Notes under the pieces: generated by a model
What the model saw: only the letters and a program-made list of their open reading frames with translations
Databases searched by the model: none
Told to the model about the DNA's origin: nothing
Shown here: piece after piece, positions 39,124 to 56,039 of the stretch
Numbering within the stretch: the first letter of the stretch is position 1
Layout of the letters: every line of letters starts with the position of its first letter
Program-made: the position numbers and the translations under genes
Assembly (NCBI GenBank): GCA_951406725.2
Contig: OX597815.1
Coordinates: forward strand, 53,568,001-53,632,000
Source of the DNA: Octopus vulgaris
Lineage: Eukaryota
DNA length: 64,000 bases
Direction: 5' to 3'

Positions 39124-40249
39124 GTATATATATATATATACATGCATGTGTGTTTATGTGTGTAATGTACGTGCACATATATATATGTGTGAGTGTGTGT
39201 CTGTGTGCGTGTGTCGGATGTAATTTATACAAGTCACTTTTTAAAGCCGTACCGCTTCTTTTTTGTGTTGGCCTATGTATTTAAGGCTAATGATGTTGGT
39301 AAAATTCTACCAGTGTAAGAAGATTCGCTTATCCGTGTAATTTGAGTAAGTTTCAATTTATATATGGGCAATAATATACATGCAACCATATACATACGAA
39401 AGATCTGGCAAGAATTCACGAATTGACTTCAGCAAGATTCTTTGTTGCAATATGACAGCTTAGTGGCTAAGGTCAAAACCGAAGTGGCAGAATTATTGAT
39501 GAATTGTTTCTTTGTTAGTCTGGGGAAGAACGGCAGTGTTTAGAATCTGTTTTAAAGATGTTTAGATAACTATATGAGGTCAGAATTGTTGATGAATTAG
39601 TATTGTTTAAAATCGAAGAAGATTGATGACAGTGAAACAAATGATTGCTGGAAGGAAGTTTTCTAACTGAGAAAGGAAAGAAGTAAGTATAGTATTCAGT
39701 ATGGGATCAATGTGGGAAAACACAGGGGTACTGAGAGAACAAGCAATTACACCAAGTTGTTTGTTGTTTACGGCCAAAGTATTCCAGCTGTGACTATCAA
39801 GTTTTAGAATTTTACTGTTTCTTTTCAATTTTGCTATGTCTAGTGTAACATTATTTATCGTGCCCAGTCTCTCTTATGCTTGATATAATTTTGTGAAATG
39901 TGTAGTTGCTATTTCTACTTGATCGAGCTTCCCACTGGTTCATGAATCAACGAATTGTTTTATAATTTATCATCAGATCAGCCATCATCGATCACACCTA
40001 TATTCAAAGGTACCCCAACTATGACCATCTCGTTCATTTATATATCATCATCCAGTGTACCTTTCTTTTCTTAAAAGGTAAGAGATTCATAGTAGTGCGA
40101 CCACGCACCACATACAGGCTCCGGCATTGGTTCATGGGTCAGTGGGTCAATGCTACCATTAGTGTAGAGTTCAGTTTTTCGGAGTAGCTGTTTCAGTAGT
40201 GGCAGCAAAAACAGCAATGGCAGGAGCAGTAGTAGCAACAACGGCAGTG

Positions 40250-40367
<118 letters not shown>

Positions 40368-41982
40368 AAGTAGTAGTAGTAGTAGTAGTAGCAGCAGTAG
40401 TAGTAGTAGTAGTAGACTGAGAAAGATAAACAAAGAAAGAAAGCGACGAACAAAGAAAAAGAATATAAAGAAACAAAAGCATCTATATAACAATGAACAG
40501 TTAAGTAATTTTAAAATATTTAATGCATAGCATTAAAAATCTGATTAGAAATGATAATGCGTTGGGAGTGGAGGACAATTAGCTCGGTCACTGGTGTTAT
40601 TTTAATCCCTTCAGCAAATACGGCAGACAATCTCGAACATGTTTTGGTCTTTTTCGACATCATCAGAGAAGCATTGCCTTCTCCACTCAGAGCACTGTTG
40701 CTTGCGCTGAATAATTTCGCTCCCTTTCAGCTGTTGATTTTCATGCAGATGGCCTGAGAGATATATATCTGTGTTGTTTTTCTTAAAAATACTAATTGGC
40801 TACATCAATGCAAGCTACAGTACTGTGATGTTACATTGTAAATTCTGGTATTACTACTTCGGAAACTATGGCAATGCATCTACTTCGTTGACATGGCCTA
40901 ATAATACCGAAATATCTACGAAGTTCTCTCCCTTGATTAAATGAATAAAAGATTGCTTATGAAACTGAAGTTCTCCCTGAAGTGCTTTGATATTTATTGG
41001 GTTTTTGCTTTTTCGCATTGGATGTATTCTGCTTAGCAAGAGAGGATATACTTAGGAGTATCCATAACAGTTCATAGAAAAAAATTAAATAACAGTAAGT
41101 TAATATGCCGTGGTGCGTAAAAGACCAACTTTTCGGATACTTTTCTGAAGAAGGTTGTATGTTCAAAATGTTAAACTACACACCTTGAAGCAAATCAACT
41201 CATTGGAATACTTTTTTCTAAATACTTTTATGGATACATTTTTACGTACGCAGAGCATCTCCTATTTCCTTGCATTATAGGAATAGTTTCGCGGAAGTTA
41301 GGGAAATATTTGGAGGAAATTGGTTCGAAATTGTTGGTCTTTACTTTTTTGGACCCTGTCAGGAATATGAGTATATGGCAATTGCTTCTGCGTTAAAAAT
41401 ACTTTAGCTTTGTAAGAGCACAATAAAAATGTTTGTTGTTGATGTCGTAAGAATTCTTTTTTATGGCATGGAGGATCTCGAAGCAAATAAAGCTATAAAT
41501 AACATTGTCTAAATATTGGATTAAAAACTCTGTGGTTAAAGAAAAGCCGAACCCCCATCTCCTGTAAACACTGACATGCTGTTTACCACTGAACCAAAGC
41601 AATCCTTTCAATTTCTTTAATCATTTTAAAAACTTTAATCTTAATTACGAGAAGTGCCCGTTGTTGAAGTTATACGAACTTTAGTTTTATAAATTTCTAA
41701 AGAAAATGAATAAACTTTATTTTGGGGACTGGATCTCAAAGCAAATAAAGCTATAGATAATAACATATAAAAGTTTGCCTAACGTCAGCAACATTCAATT
41801 CACGCTAGGTAACAATGAAGTTTCTAAAATGATTGCTTTGGTCCAGTGGTAGCACGACTGTCATGTTTAGAGATGTAGTCGAGTACTACAGGCCGCCTTC
41901 GACTTGTTCTATCCAAAGAGTTTATAACTTTATTTTTTCGAGATCCACTAAAAATGTTTGTCGTTTATTCATTTATATATTA

Positions 41983-42897
41983 CTAGCAGTATTGCCCGGC
42001 TTTCTGTGACTATTAATCGCACTGAGGAAAATCGATTAATCTGCGAGTGCAAAATCAATAGTTTCTTACACAATGCACGTACGTGCGCTCGTGCGTTCTA
42101 TGCATGCACGAATTAAGCTAAACTTGGATGAAGTTCAATCAAAATTCAATTATTTTGGTTTTAAAATCAAGCATTTAATGCCTTCTATTTTTGCGCTTAT
42201 GTGTTCTATTTCCTCAATAGGAAGTATGTAGAAGCGTTTCATAAATTTTTGTTGATCAAATAATTGCATTGTTGATCAAATAATTGCATTGTTGAATTAT
42301 TCTTTTAGGTCAGTATTTTTCAACGGGGATTTCAGGGGAGAGTTTCAGGGAATCGCTGGCGATGCATCGTGATGATCAAAAATCCGGCCTGCTAAAATTT
42401 GGTTAAAGTGATTCAAACTGCAGACTCAACGCAAAATGGCCACATTTAATTCAAAGCGTTAAAAATGTTATGAAAACAATTGGTATGTGTTCACAAAGTC
42501 CAAACGATTAATACGAAAAAACCCTCCAGACTACACCCCGAAAATTAATTTCTTTACCGAATTTCTACAATGTTTACGGCGATTCGTTTTTATATCTTGA
42601 TTTTTTATTTTTCATGCAATTTACGCATGCTTGCACAGTTCACGTCAAACAGCTGACTGAGTAAAGTTCACTATTCAATGCATGGGATAAGGCCTAAACA
42701 AACACATTATCGATTTTTGCACTTGCGAGATGAATTTCGGAACAGAAATAGCGCAGTTCAATTTTCATTCGCCTAAACTTTAAGTGACCCAATTTTGGTG
42801 GTTCTACAATTTGATGGCTAGGAGGAGATGTGCCGGGAAGTTAAACACACAGACACACACACAGATACACACACAGACACACAAGTTGAGTTATAGA
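41983..42897 (-). mobile_element. Non-autonomous Helitron-like element
   Basis: Minus strand begins A|TCTATA and ends gccgggcaatactgCTAG|T (insertion between A and T, no TSD); subterminal (CA/CAGA) microsatellite; GC-rich hairpin remnant near the 3' end; internal 20-bp tandem duplication at 42251-42295. Confidence 0.7.
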
Positions 42898-43849
42898 TTA
42901 GTGAGGAGGAATGGTGCTAAACATGATCTTTTTTTATAGGGCCTCCTAGACAAGTGGAAGACAAGGTCAGAGACATGTCCCGACTACTTGAAAAGTAGAT
43001 TCCACTAAAGGTATCGAAAGTTAAGGTGGTTGTGTTAAACTGAGCAGCAGATCAAGTCTGTTTGACAAGTCTGTCGCGGTAGGGTTTGATTTCAGAGCGT
43101 GTAGCACTAGAGCAAGTATTACAAAGCATCCGGTTCATTGTTTTACAGTTTTGCCAGTTCGTTAATCTAAAGTGGAACATTATTTATTGACTCCAGAAGG
43201 ATGGGAAAATGCTGATTTCTGCGGTATTTGAACCCAGAAGCTAGAATATATCCTGAACAAATTTTGTCTCAATAACTCAGGCGAATCGTCGCCTGTATGT
43301 GAAAGCGCACGGATGTATAGCCTTAGCAACTATTCAGAATTTAGTTTCTCTTTCATTCTTCTACTGTAATAACAACAATTATATTTATTTTAATCATATT
43401 GTTTTTTATTGCTTTGAAGGTTTTTAAAATTTATTTCCATTACAACAACATTTGCATCATAACATTATGCTATTCATAGATATGATCTGAGAAAAAGTAC
43501 TGCTTTACTTAACTTTAAGTCAATTAGAGGTCACATTAATATCATTTTAAATAAATACATTTATATTACTTAGTGGCTGGCTATTCAGTCGCGTCTCTGT
43601 GAGAAATTGGTAAAGATTATTTGCATATAGCAGTAGTTGTTATCAATGGGTAAATTTACTTCCTGGAGCTATATATATATATATATATATATTTATTTGG
43701 AAAATTAAACATCATTTAACTGCAACGGTAGAGAGAATATAAAAAAATCATGACAAATTGGCATACTTACACTCACTATCTCCTTCTCTCTCCACTCTCT
43801 GTGTAAGTGCGTGTGTATGTGTAAGCGTGTTATTCAGTCTCTCTCTCTC

Positions 43850-43997
<148 letters not shown>

Positions 43998-44332
43998 TGT
44001 GTTCATTCCACATCACCGCTCGACAATCGGCATTGGTGTTTTTACATACCTGTAACTTAGCATTAGCGGTTCGGTAAAATAGATCAATAGAATAAGTACC
44101 AGGCTTTAAAAAAAAATACTGGGTTCGATCTATTTGACTAAAACCCTACAAGGTGGTACTCAACCATAGCCATAGTCCAATAACTGAAAGAAGAAAAGAG
44201 ATGTGACTGTATTGTAAGAAGCTTGCTTCCCAACCACATAGTTCAGTGGCATCTTGTGCGTCTTCTACTATAGTCTCGGGCCAACTAAAGCCTTGTGAGT
44301 AGATTCAGTAGACGGATACTGAAAGATGCCCG

Positions 44333-44388
<56 letters not shown>

Positions 44389-44392
<4 letters not shown>

Positions 44393-44574
44393 CCCTTATA
44401 ACTTAATTTCTGCATATCCTTGTATGTGTGCGTTCGACCATCAGTAAGTGTGTATAAATATTGACATCTATTAACGCGTACGATTTATATGTATGTATAC
44501 GAATATATGTGTGTGTATGTATGTACAAAGGAAAGAAAATGTACTCCATGCATATAAGTATATATATATATATA

Positions 44575-44630
<56 letters not shown>

Positions 44631-44987
44631 CGTGTGTGTGTGTGCGTGTGTGTTCATTCCACATCACCGCTCGACAATCGGCATTGGTGTTTTTACATAC
44701 CTGTAACTTAGCATTAGCGGTTCGGTAAAATAGATCAATAGAATAAGTACCAGGCTCTAAAAAAAAAAATACTGGGTTCGGTTCATTCGACTAAAAATTC
44801 TTCAAAGATAACGATAAATAAAATAAAACATTGCGGGAAGCAAGCAATGAATAGATATTGTTCAAAGAGGTTTAATAAGCGACCAGTGACCTGAAATATT
44901 TCATTTTTATGTCTTTTATCATTTCTACTCTCTCAGCCTCTGATAGACAATAATTCACGCACACATACAGAGACACATGCATAACAC

Positions 44988-45065
<78 letters not shown>

Positions 45066-45572
45066 TCATATATATATGTATAAGTGTGTGTGTATGTATG
45101 TATCTATCTACATATATCTATATATATATACCATCTATTTCTTCCTTTTAGTGGTTAGATTGCGGCCATGCTGGGGCACGGTCTTAAAAAGCTTTTATCC
45201 GTATACATATGTATGCATGTATGTAAGTGTTTCGATTTAATATCTAAGAATCAATCTGTTGATTTGTCGGCACTGTTATGCTTATGAGATAAAATACACC
45301 AAACTGTATGTCCGTAGATGTATCTTGCCTGCAATCAAATGCCAGACGAAGAATTCCTTAATAGTTACGAGTAACTTGAACTTTTTATCAAATTTGGTTG
45401 AGACTCGCTAAAAATTGTCGAAATTTTCCTGTTGTGTAACAGCCACACACATATACTCGTATACATACATATAAATCGTATGCATTAATAGATGTCAATA
45501 TTTATGCACACTTACTGATGGTCGAACGCACACATACAAGGATATGCAGAAATTAAGTGATAAGGGAATTAT
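44389..45572. repeat. ~125 bp near-perfect inverted repeat pair (44389-44515 and 45445-45572)
   Basis: aattcccttataacttaatttctgcatatccttgtatgtgtgcgttcgaccatcagtaagtgtg... versus ...cacacttactgatggtcgaacgcacacatacaaggatatgcagaaattaagtgataagggaatt. Confidence 0.92.
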
Positions 45573-46055
45573 ATAAAACAGAGAATAAATATGGGGAGAA
45601 AGACACAATACAAGAAGTTCAAGATTTTAACTGAAAACTATAGCAAACTTACTTTGTGATGTGTAATTCAAGAAAGGCTGTAAGTTTTGAAAAAGTGCAT
45701 CGTGAAATGATGTGACTGTCAATTTTTTTCTACAATTAAATGAAGCTAGATCTTTCTCGGCTCTGATCTGAATAAATCACGGTAGAGAGGAACAATAATA
45801 ATATACAATTGGAGACGTCAGAGCAGCAAGCAAATAATGTGTAGAGAGATTACTGAGACGAGAGAAAAACGGAATGTAGACGACATTTTTAAATGAAAAG
45901 ATAATGCAGTTAACGTTATTGTTGGCAAAACAGGAAGGATTTAAAGGCATAGAAAATATGCTATTTTATGTGATTGTATTGATTTCAAGCTTTGACAAAA
46001 TAGCATACAATGAAATGCTGTACGATAAATTTATCAAATACACACACACACACAT

Positions 46056-46147
<92 letters not shown>

Positions 46148-46854
46148 ACACAGAGAAGATTTGGGAAGAAGGATGATTGAAATTTAACAGCGTAACAAAA
46201 ACAAATGTGAAATAATACGTTAATGAATAAATCATTTGATAAATAGAATTCATTCGATTAGAAGAACATTTTTGTATTTTCCTCTGCAGAATATCTTGCA
46301 AGAACAGCCAATTTTAGACGGAATAGCAAAGGGAGAAGATAATTCGAAGTTTCGAACACAATACGAAACATAATAACCTTACTCAACTGTAAATATTATT
46401 GAGTCTAAAAAGGGTCTGAAAAGTTACGGGTTCTGAATGATTTCTTCACATTAAATTGTAAAAGAAGGAAGAAGAATGAGTAAAATAGACTGATGCCATT
46501 ATTTCTCTTCGTGACTTTCTATTGATGGATTGTAAAATATGTTCAAATCGGAAGATTTATAGGGAGACGATGAAGACAGACGATAGAGACTTCTTGCTTT
46601 AACAGAGAGGAGAAATGTATATGTTATTGTTCAGTTTTATTTCACAATTTCATGCCAATAGAGAAAGATCCGGTTCCAAATGTACGTACGTACGTATGTA
46701 TGTATGTATGTATGTATGTATGTATGTATGTATGTATGTATGTATGTATGTATGTATGTATGTATGTATGTATGTATGTATGTATGTATGTATGCATGTA
46801 TGTATGTATGTATGTATGTATGTATGTATGTATGTATGTATGTATATATATATG

Positions 46855-47080
46855 TGGCAGGAACGTTAGCACGCCGGGCGAAATGCGTAGCCGTATTTCG
46901 TCTGCCGCTACGTTCCGAGTTAAAAATTCCGCCGAGGTCGACTTTGCCTTTCATCCTTTCGGGGTCGATAAAACTAAGTACCAGTTACTCACTGGGGTCG
47001 ATGTAATCGACTTAATACCTATGTCTGTCCTTGTTTGTCCCCTCTATGTTTATCCCCTTGTGGGTACTAAAGAAATAGGT
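46855..47080 (+). mobile_element. Well-preserved tRNA-derived SINE with Meta-domain-like core
   Basis: A-box-like tggcaggaacgttagc, B-box gagttaaaaattcc, core ggtcgactttgcctttcatcctttcggggtcgataaaactaagtaccag; inserted in (TATG)n. Meta-domain assignment is from recollection and needs alignment. Confidence 0.88.
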
Positions 47081-47113
47081 ATGTATATATGTATGTGTGT
47101 GCGTGCATGTATG

Positions 47114-47145
<32 letters not shown>

Positions 47146-47183
47146 TGTATGTATAGATAGATAGATAGATAGGTAGATAGATT

Positions 47184-47289
<106 letters not shown>

Positions 47290-48054
47290 CGAGGACGTGA
47301 GATAGAGATAGAAGGAAAGGATTAATGAAATGAAAACTCGGAGCAAATATCAAACTCGCAAATGACGAAACAAACGTTGGCGCATTAAGAAAAGACTTTG
47401 AAATAGAGATTCGTCAAGTGGTGAAGTGAACTATTATTTTTATGAACGGAATGAGACAACTTATTGCAGCTGTTCAAATGTTGACAATTGAGCTCAGCTA
47501 ACTGGGTATTCAACCTGTTTTGGTGACAGTACTTTTTGGTTCTGCAGGCAAACCTCCGTGTGTGCAGAAATATACTTATACAGATGGGGGACAGTGAGAG
47601 AGAAAGGGCGGGGGTGGGGGAAGCGAAAGAACGAGGGAAACATTAAAACGTCTGATGTCACATAATTTAGAGTCCAATCAGCGATGCTACGTAAGTGGTG
47701 CCAAACGGTTCTAGCAAAACGTTTCGTATCCTTTCATATATACTGGAATAGAATTACATGATCTCACTCTAGCATTATGGTATAAGGTTACTTGTTAAAG
47801 AATAAGAATTGTCGAGGGCCTTGTAGAACTGGTTACAAAAAATAGGTCTTCAAAACGATTAGATTGTACTTACTTAAAAATTGTGTTTAGGTTTTCAAGA
47901 CAACAAAATAAATCAATGAATCGTATATGATCCTTGAGCAAAACTGAAGTAAGAAATAACCATGAGCTTTAGTTATTGTTGGTTTATAAAGAAACATAAA
48001 AGCAAATACCAAATGCAGTGTCGAATAACATGTACCGACAATAAATTGAAGATG

Positions 48055-50651
<2,597 letters not shown>

Positions 50652-50659
50652 AACACACA

Positions 50660-50734
<75 letters not shown>

Positions 50735-51567
50735 GACAGTATATCGATGATAAATTTCACGCGCAAAAACTATGAAAATGTATCGATGATTGTTGAACAC
50801 CGAACAGAGACCAGTAATTATTTCGTACACATTAAGGAGTGTATCTAAGGATTCTTATATATTTAATGCTGGAGTAATCTAATCTACAATACAAAAATGG
50901 AATGAAAACAGTAAAAACAATTTAGAAGGTAAAGGAGACAGCTGCGGATATGTTTCTGTTCCATTAAACGATATCAACTGACTGTAAGCCCATTATAATC
51001 GCATTGTTATGGATGGAATCGCAAAAGAAATATGCACTAATGAATAGTAGTAGCAGTACTAGTGGAAATTCTACAGTTAAACCGAAAACTATAAAATTAC
51101 CAGAAGTTTCATGAGAGCCATAAAATATCCAATTCTTTTTGAAATCACATACTTTTGGAAATGTTTTGGTTGGTCATTGAAATATTGCAAAGTTCACACA
51201 GGTCATATTAAAAGTGTAGCTTAGAAAATTATATTCTTTCTTATGCACTTGACCACACTTCTACATCTAGAGTTACGTGTTTATTTTTATCTTTATTGCA
51301 AGAAATAAACAATCTGAACTTTGAAACGAAACCGAACATGAGCGCATAAAATGAAAGTGCTGCTCAAAAGTTAGAGAGGTGATCTACTCATTACTCTGTT
51401 GTACACAAATCTTATCACAGCCAGTCTAAAATATTAAGATTGTAAGCCATTATCATTGTTGTCTGACACTACATATTTGATTCAACTTACGCTTTGAAAA
51501 AAAACAACACAAACTCAAATGTGTTTGCAGAGACCGAAGTATATATCTTTGATTATGTGCACGCGCG

Positions 51568-51606
<39 letters not shown>

Positions 51607-51902
51607 GCGATGGATTTTGGTAAGCAGTGTCGATTTTTATAATTCTGTAAATAATAATAATAATAATAATAATCATAATAATAATATTTTAGAAGCTTAG
51701 AACTTATAAACGTTCACCGTGTAATACCCCAATATTATACTGTTTTCTTTAGTCATTACACGGTGATGGCTAATAAGCATTGAACTTATAAGATATACAT
51801 GTATGTACCTACATATACATGTATATTTTCATTCATACGTGTGCCTATGCGCATGTATTTAGTTGTATGTATGTGCTCATATACTTGGATGTGTGTGTGG
51901 GC

Positions 51903-51943
<41 letters not shown>

Positions 51944-52218
51944 TATCTGTGTATGTATATATGCGTCTAAGTACGAACACAAAACATTTTCGTCTAAGTA
52001 TTATCTTCCTTTCAACTTCTACTTCCTTTCTTTCTCTTAAAAGTTACAACAGCTTAAGGTATGTCATTTTTTCTAAACTAGAATGTGTACTTTCCACGTT
52101 CATATTTGAATTTTTTGCATTTCAATAATTTTTCTGTTTTTACACATTCTCGAATTTGATGGACATATAGCGGTATGTAAACCGGCTCAAGAAATCTCTA
52201 GTGATTCCTTTTATTGAT

Positions 52219-52260
52219 GTACCTGAAGAGACCTAGAACGGGTCAAAATATGTGTTGTAC
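52219..52260 (+). ncRNA. Degenerate minimal type-I hammerhead motif
   Basis: gtac-CTGAAGA-gacc tagaacg ggtc-AAA-atat gtgt-T-gtac (G12 to A), followed by aataaa. Confidence 0.55.
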
Positions 52261-52966
52261 CCAATAAAGCCTAATACAAATTCCATCTCCTAAATTGTTA
52301 CCTCAAACTATATAAATGAGGAAGCTATTCTTTGTCATGCTTTACATCTTAGCTTCGTAGTTAGATCTAAAATATTTTTCTGGCTCTGAAGAGAAAAGCC
52401 ACTTTCAGTTTTCCTCAGTTTTCCTTCGCTAAGTTTAGACTGTGGATGTGTTAACCCAGAGAGGTCGACAATGACAACGAAACCTAGCATTGAAAGAAGA
52501 GAGCAAGAAAACAACAAAGCAATGAACCACGTCTTAGTAATATTCCGTAAAGTGAACATTTAAATATCTACAAATGGAAATTTCCATATATTTCTCCTTT
52601 ACAAAATAAATAAATAACAGAAATAATTCCGAAAAATAGAAAACTAATATTTTTTTTTAAATTTCAATCCAAAACTAAAGAGGAAACACTGACAATCGTT
52701 ATCGAAAAACAATACTATGACGACAAAAACCAAGGAAACTGTTTCATCTGCAGAACATATGATGGCTGAAAGCGCTTATACAAAAAGCATTTTTCTAGTT
52801 TCCAACAGGTCAATGTTAATTAGTTGCCTTAAAAGATTTTTGAACTTTTATAAGATGTTTCAATGAAATATTTCATACATAGTGTCTTCATGAAGAACTT
52901 TCCCTCAAATTTATATATATACATACATACACACATACTCACAATACAAACACACACACACACATA

Positions 52967-52998
<32 letters not shown>

Positions 52999-53019
52999 CA
53001 TGTTATATATGTGTATATA

Positions 53020-53089
<70 letters not shown>

Positions 53090-53092
53090 ATA

Positions 53093-54037
53093 TTATAATT
53101 GAGGGCTAAAGAGGGTTATTCTAAAGCCAATACACTGATTTATCCACTTATAATCCACTTGTTACAGGAAAATTGAACTGAAAGCGGGCAACTAACCTTT
53201 AGAAAATTTAAATTTCGTTATCTCTATATTGAATCAATTTCGGAATTAATCCTATAAAGGGATACATTCTTCTTCAGTAGAGCTTACGAGAGAATATAAA
53301 TAAAATACTCACATGTGATCATGGAAAAAGCAGAAGCTAAAAACATAACTACATTTAAGTACATCATTTATATCTAAAAATAAAAATTCCCTGGTCAGTT
53401 TCAGAACAACGTGTTGACCTTTCGCCGCTACATATTGTAACAAGTGGATTATAAGTGGATAAATCAGTGTATTGGCTTTAGAATAACCCTCTTTAGCCCT
53501 TAATTATAAGATGTTTATACTTCAACCGTAAAGGATTTTTTTAATATACTGCCACGCTTTTTGATGGAATCCTTTTCTGTAGAGAAAGGGACTTCATCCT
53601 ATATTGTTAGTAGTAAACTTACTGCTTGTTACAAGGGGACCGGTAACCATTACAATATGTAGCGGCGAAAGGTCAACACGTTGTTCTGAAACTGACCAAG
53701 GAATTTTTATTTCTAGATATAAATGATGTACTTAAATGTAGTTATGTTTTTAGCTTCTGCTTTTTCCATGATCACATGTGAGTATTTTATTTAAGCTCTA
53801 CTGAAGAAGAATGTATCCTTTATAGGATTAATTCCGAAATTGATTCAATATAGAGATAACGAAATTTAAATTTTCTGAAGGTTAGTTGCCCGCTTTCAGT
53901 TCAATTTTCCTGTAACATGTGGATTATAAGTGGATAAATCAGTGTATTGGCTTTAGAATAACCCTCTTTAGCCCTTAATTATAAGATGTTTATACTTCAA
54001 CCGTAAAGGTTTTTTTAATATACTGCCACGCTTTTTG
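53093..54037. mobile_element. Young HHR-bearing element: 475 bp unit in 1.25 tandem copies plus inverted arm
   Basis: 53444-53562 repeats at 53919-54037; 53093-53440 is the near-identical reverse complement of about 53649-53983; HHR on plus 53796-53855 ctcta-CTGAAGA-agaat..attcc-GAA-attga t tcaat-A-tagag and mirror copy at 53222-53282. Confidence 0.9.
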
Positions 54038-54051
54038 TTAGTTATATATAT

Positions 54052-54237
54052 AGGCTCCGGTAGTGTGTGGTGGCGATCCCGGCTATACTCTTTCGCCACA
54101 ACTTTCTCACATTCTTTTTTCTGTTGGCCTGCTCCCTTAGCCAGCGGGGTAGCGTCATTTGAAGGCTAAAACAATGCGAAGCGCATTGTGGCCAGCGATG
54201 TGTAGAAACATCAGATAGCCTGGTCGGTCACGGTGAT
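54052..54237 (+). mobile_element. 5'-truncated SINE of the tRNA-Arg-like family (second body type)
   Basis: ggctccgg...ctctttcgccacaactttc then gttggcctgctcccttagccagcgggg...ggtcacggtgat, matching the reverse complement of 59531-59710. Confidence 0.85.
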
Positions 54238-54246
54238 ATATACATC

Positions 54247-54302
<56 letters not shown>

Positions 54303-54857
54303 CTATATATATATGTTGCTTGTTTTGATTATAATCACCCCACGAATTTATTTGGATAACACCATACAGAATTCTGGTGCAGCTAAATTAAGTACCTTAT
54401 TCATTTGTACGTATTTTTGTACACTTATTCGTGTTATCATTATTGTTTTTACGTATTTTTGTATTTTTATTTGTGTAACATCGTCCGGTTTTCCGTCCTT
54501 GTTTGTATACATTCGAGGCTTTCTTCCAAGGAATCTAATGCGCTTGGCTTAGATTTTCCTTTGGGGCTGGCCAGATCGGAGCAATCTCAAGATTAATCAG
54601 CCGAAATTGCGAGGATGATCCGGTTCTTGACTGAAGATAGACGATACAAAAAAGTCAGACGATACAAAAAAGGACAGGGAAAAACAATGAGTGAGGAACC
54701 GTTTTAGAAAGTCGAAAGGCACTAACCTTTGGTAAGAGATTTCACAAAATGTGTGTGGCTTTTGCTTTTATAGAAGTGCAAGCAGGTGTTATTACACACC
54801 GACACCTACACCCCCCACACACATATATATATGTACCAATATATATATGTGTGTGTT

Positions 54858-54888
<31 letters not shown>

Positions 54889-55137
54889 ATGGGTTAGATT
54901 TTATTGTTACCGTCCAGATAAGAGCAGTCTCGAGAGTAACAGGCCGAAACTGCAAAGACGATCTGGTACTCAACTGAAGATTGAAAGCTCCGAAATTACC
55001 CGTCATTGTTTTTCCCTGTCCTTTTTTGTATCGTCTAACTGTCCGAATGTTTTGTTGTCGCCTGTTACGTTCTTGTTCAATTTTTTTATATACTTATAGC
55101 GGCGTACGTACACTTTTGGTCTCCTGTATGTAAGTAC

Positions 55138-55168
<31 letters not shown>

Positions 55169-55845
55169 ATCTGTGCGACTCTTCTACTCTTTCTTTCAGC
55201 CCCTTTCACACTCTTCGTTTCTTTCACTTCTACTTTTCTCGCTCGTACCCTCTCTCAAATTTCTTGACCTTTCCTTCACTCTCAGCACTTTCCTTCCTCC
55301 TTTGAATCATTCTGTCCCTTTCCTTTTTTCTCTATTTCTCGTCCTTCCCTAATTCTTCAATCCCTCTACCACTACCTCTCTCCTCTCCTTCCACGTGATC
55401 GGTGTTCGTTCAAGCCTGACCTTTCTTTCTTGGTTCGACTACCATTCGTGTAGCGCCTCTTATATTCCTTCCTATGACTTTTATCTTGTATATTCCTGCC
55501 GTAAGGTTTCACTTCCATACACGCCAGCTTAATCCAATTTATCCTTAGTCGAAAGACACCTGTTGTTAATGTCCTGTTGTTTGTATTTGTAACTGTGTAC
55601 AATTTCACCGTCTTTCTTTCGTCCTTATTTTCGCATACATTCGCTTGCTTAGATTTTCTTGGGGTCGGCGAGATTAGAGCAGTCACGAGAGTAACTGGCC
55701 AAAACTGCAAAGACGATCTGGTATTCGGCTGAAAAGTGAAAGCACCGAATGACCCGCTCTTGTTTTTCCCTGTCCTTTTTTGTATCGTCTAACTGTCTGA
55801 ATGTTTTGTTGTCGCTTGTTATGTTCTTGTTCCATTTTTTGTTTT

Positions 55846-55881
<36 letters not shown>

Positions 55882-55934
55882 GCATACATACATACATGCA
55901 TACACACATACATATATCTATAAACACACACACA

Positions 55935-56039
<105 letters not shown>

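Noticed and set aside
41190-41965. Short dispersed direct and inverted repeats (ggatctcgaagcaaataaagctata at 41472 and 41731)
   Set aside because: Probably a decayed DNA transposon, but no ends or TSD could be defined.
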